Assembly: GCA_965649765.1 (NCBI GenBank)
Contig: OZ287750.1
Location: forward strand, 80,910,001 to 80,974,000
DNA from: Bispira polyomma
Taxonomy: Eukaryota
Length of the DNA: 64,000 nucleotides
Reading direction: 5' to 3'
Each line of letters opens with the position of its first letter. Position 1 is the stretch's first letter. The notes beneath the pieces were generated by a model. The model saw nothing but the letters and a program-made list of their open reading frames with translations. It was not told where the DNA came from and made no database searches. Shown here piece by piece: positions 61,009 through 64,000 of the stretch. The translations under genes were made by a program, and so were the position numbers.

Positions 61009-63030
61009 TTAACATACACCATGGAATGGGTAGTTCTTGTGATCTTTCATACTGGAAAAATATGATATAACAAGATGAGTTCATATTATAAAATATTTAA
61101 TCTATAGCTGACCTATCCGACGTTACCAAGAAATGTGTATACATTGCAGGAGGTTGTTAATTGTTTTTTGGGATTGGCCATTCTAGCAGAGAATAACTTT
61201 GTAAACAGTAAAGTATTTCTTGTATAATCCCTATAGACAACATCCCAATGTACACATCCACACAATTCACAAGTGAGGGGTAATGGTTATCTTTAAATAT
61301 TATAACAATTTAACTTATTTCTGGACTATATTGACTACATTATTATTACATATTGGAACTATATTGTTTTTCCTCCATAGTCCCCAGCGGTATCTGTGAG
61401 AGATTGTTTTGACTGCAAAATGATGATGTTGTGATGATGGGGGATCGATATAGAATTTTCAGGCTTACTGTTATAGTATGTTTTTTTTCCAAAAGAGATG
61501 CTGAATTGAATATATCTTAAATTTGTGTTTATAACTCTCACTAAAAAATTTATTCCCCAAAAATATGAGTCATATTCAGATCTAGACTTCCATTAATATA
61601 AGTGTCACTCTTTATTCATAGTAATTGTATGGTATAAATGTTTCAGCCCAATTAATAAATTTACAAAATAAACATTTGCAACTTACACATCTTATTCCAA
61701 TATTTACTAATTTTTACTTGTACAAATGTTTAACTACAAGTTTAAAAAACAAACAAATTCAGATAAATGTGGTTCTCCACTGTTGGTAAACATCTGTCAA
61801 GGGGTTTGGGCAGTAGCACGTTTTTTTGACCATGAGAACTTGTTTCAAGGTCAAAGGTAATAAATGGTGATAGGGATAAAAGTATCATGTCATAATGAAC
61901 AAAAAACAAATATGGTAATTGACAGATTCATGTTTTTGTGATGGACATACGGATGAACAAGATTGAACAGCAACATTGCGACCACTCAAGTAATAGGAAA
62001 AAGTATCTCACTGTTCTAATTTCAGGTATTTTTGTCGCCTGTTGAGTGTTTCTATTCTGTGCATATCTTCAGTTGTAATTTCAAAGTCAAATAACTGAAA
62101 CATTAATAAAACAATAATAAAACACAATACTGTGTTATAATATGGTATGTTAAATTTTTAAAGAATTTAGCGAATATTGAATATACATGTTAATTTATAC
62201 CTATAAATTAAAGTACGGAATACTTCTATTTTAAATAAATCAACATTTTAGACATTGAAGTGTGCGACGAATGGTATTGTGAAACAACCAGTATAATGAA
62301 CTCCTGTGTAGTGCATAGTGAATAAACAAAAGCCATTGCAAACTTGTTTGAATTCATATTTAAAAGTTGCTTCTGGTACTTCTCTATACCATCTACTAAC
62401 TACATAGCCTACTACACTGTGTTTGAATTGATTCTGGGGCCAGCAGATACTTATTCAGTCATTGGGTCATATGTGGCAGGTTAATTAACAATGGATATGT
62501 TAATAAATGATCTTCATCAAATCCCTCTCTCTCTCTCTTCAGTTAGAGGAATGAGAGTTACTGATACTGTTTGGCTGTATAGAGACAGTTACTTAAACGT
62601 TAACTAGCTTTTTGGATATTGGATACATATACTGAGTATGAATGTGAATACTACAACTACTACAAAAGTTACCTTACAATACCACAGTCCCACAGAGGTT
62701 GCATCTTCTACAGACCACATAAGGTAACTTACAAAAGTGTCTGAGACTTCATATCCAGATTTTAGTAGCAATCACATATAAATTTTGGTGATTACCCTAC
62801 GACCAGTGGCAAACCTGTCTTCCAAAGTGTGACTGGGGTATTACATACTAACTAGACTACAAACCTGCAGGTTCTCACGCTGTCTATCTTGGTTGGTACT
62901 ACAGGGTACCACAGCCAGTCCTTGTTGAATGAGGAATCTCAGAGCTATCTGGGCTGGTGTTTTTTTGTAATTCTTTGCAAGTTCATTGAGAACTTTGTCT
63001 TTGAGTGGGGATTCCCATCCTGGCGGCTGC
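61009..63030 (-). CDS. Aldo-keto reductase family gene, last three exons (63030-62865, 62094-62012, 61051-61009); 5' exons probably lie beyond the window
   Basis: Spliced translation QPPGWESPLKDKVLNELAKNYKKTPAQIALRFLIQQGLAVVPCSTNQDRQRENLQ|LFDFEITTEDMHRIETLNRRQKYLKLEH|MKDHKNYPFHGVC*. GT-AG introns with compatible phases; absent from the ORF track. Confidence 0.88.
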
Positions 63031-64000
63031 CTGTAAAAAGTTAATCTGAGATTTTAGTTATTTGCGATCAGATTATAGCAACATTAATCTACTTAAAGCG
63101 GGTAGGTTGCAAAATGAACAATTTACAAAATAATATAACCAAAACTTTTTTTCCATTTTATGTTTGTAACTTAACTTGAACTAGCTTGAACATTTACCAG
63201 TTTATATAGAAATGTGATTTGTACTATCTTAAATATATTGACAACTTTGATCAACATTTGGTGCTAGCCATATTGCTGCATACACACACTTAGGGGCCTC
63301 ATCTGTCCAGTAAGAAGAAACCATCTGCTTTAATATCACTATCCTCTCACATCTGAGGACAGTGTCTGCAAATCCTTTCCTTCATGTGATATTTTATATT
63401 ATGCACTGTCTTCGGAACTGTCATTAGCGGTTCAAAACATCGAGGGATTTAGACTGTTGTCTTTAGAACCTTTACCACCATAATTATATTAAATAAAATA
63501 TAAATTAAAAAAAGTAACTATCTTTTTCAAATTATATATTTTTTATATATTTTACCGACATATATTTACCGTGGAGAAGAAATTAAAAGAACTAAACTAT
63601 TTGTGACTATTAAAGTTATATATTATTTCAGAAACAACAAATATCCTTCACTCTGCAAATACCAAACCTTGTTTTATTTATTTTAAAGAATTTTAATTTT
63701 TACTTTTGATAACGGTATCCTTATATTATTTATATTATTTGTTGGGGATGGGAAGCATGTGTATATGAGCAACAATGGAAGAATTTTATGCAAATTAGGA
63801 TTTCTATCATAGTAAAGAGCACCCAGATATACCAACTTCGATATAAGGATATTTAACTGTCTCGCCAATATATATTACCCTATATCCACACAACTTGGAA
63901 GTTACTTGGAAACACACTCAGTAAACTAAAACAGAAAAAAAAAGGAATTTTATTGCTTCATTCACACTGTTTTAGGTAAAATTTACAATAATGGTTCGGA

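Overview
AT-rich animal genomic DNA, most consistent with a lophotrochozoan and probably a mollusc. This is inferred from the SINE types, the LINE/LTR families and the intronless Cys-loop receptor expansion. Host content: (i) four intronless nicotinic-acetylcholine-receptor-like (Cys-loop) genes, two intact (34992-36197 minus; 58293-59564 plus) and two pseudogenes; (ii) a spliced pseudogene encoding TSP1-TSP1 plus a Caspr-type fibrinogen-like domain; (iii) the last three exons of an aldo-keto reductase. Much of the rest is transposable elements: two Ngaro-type tyrosine-recombinase (YR) retrotransposons, an L2-like LINE, a near-full-length L1/Tx1 LINE, an older Tx1 relic, a nested Gypsy/SINE/ISL2EU/BEL stack, tRNA-derived SINEs and MITEs. 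Top observations: (1) the L1/Tx1 ORF1 carries a C-terminal IMPACT/YigZ (UPF0029) domain with the conserved motifs intact; (2) both divergent YR elements show the same predicted three-product expression scheme: Gag, Gag-Pol via an A_AAA_AAC -1 frameshift, and a phase-1 splice joining the Gag N-terminus to the ATG-poor YR ORF; (3) a paralogous receptor locus provides the empty target site for one YR element and exposes a GTG crossover core that matches the other element's internal junction; (4) the receptors lack loop-C vicinal cysteines and share a Val at pore position 9', making them candidate non-ACh or chemosensory channels. All calls were made by eye without database searches.
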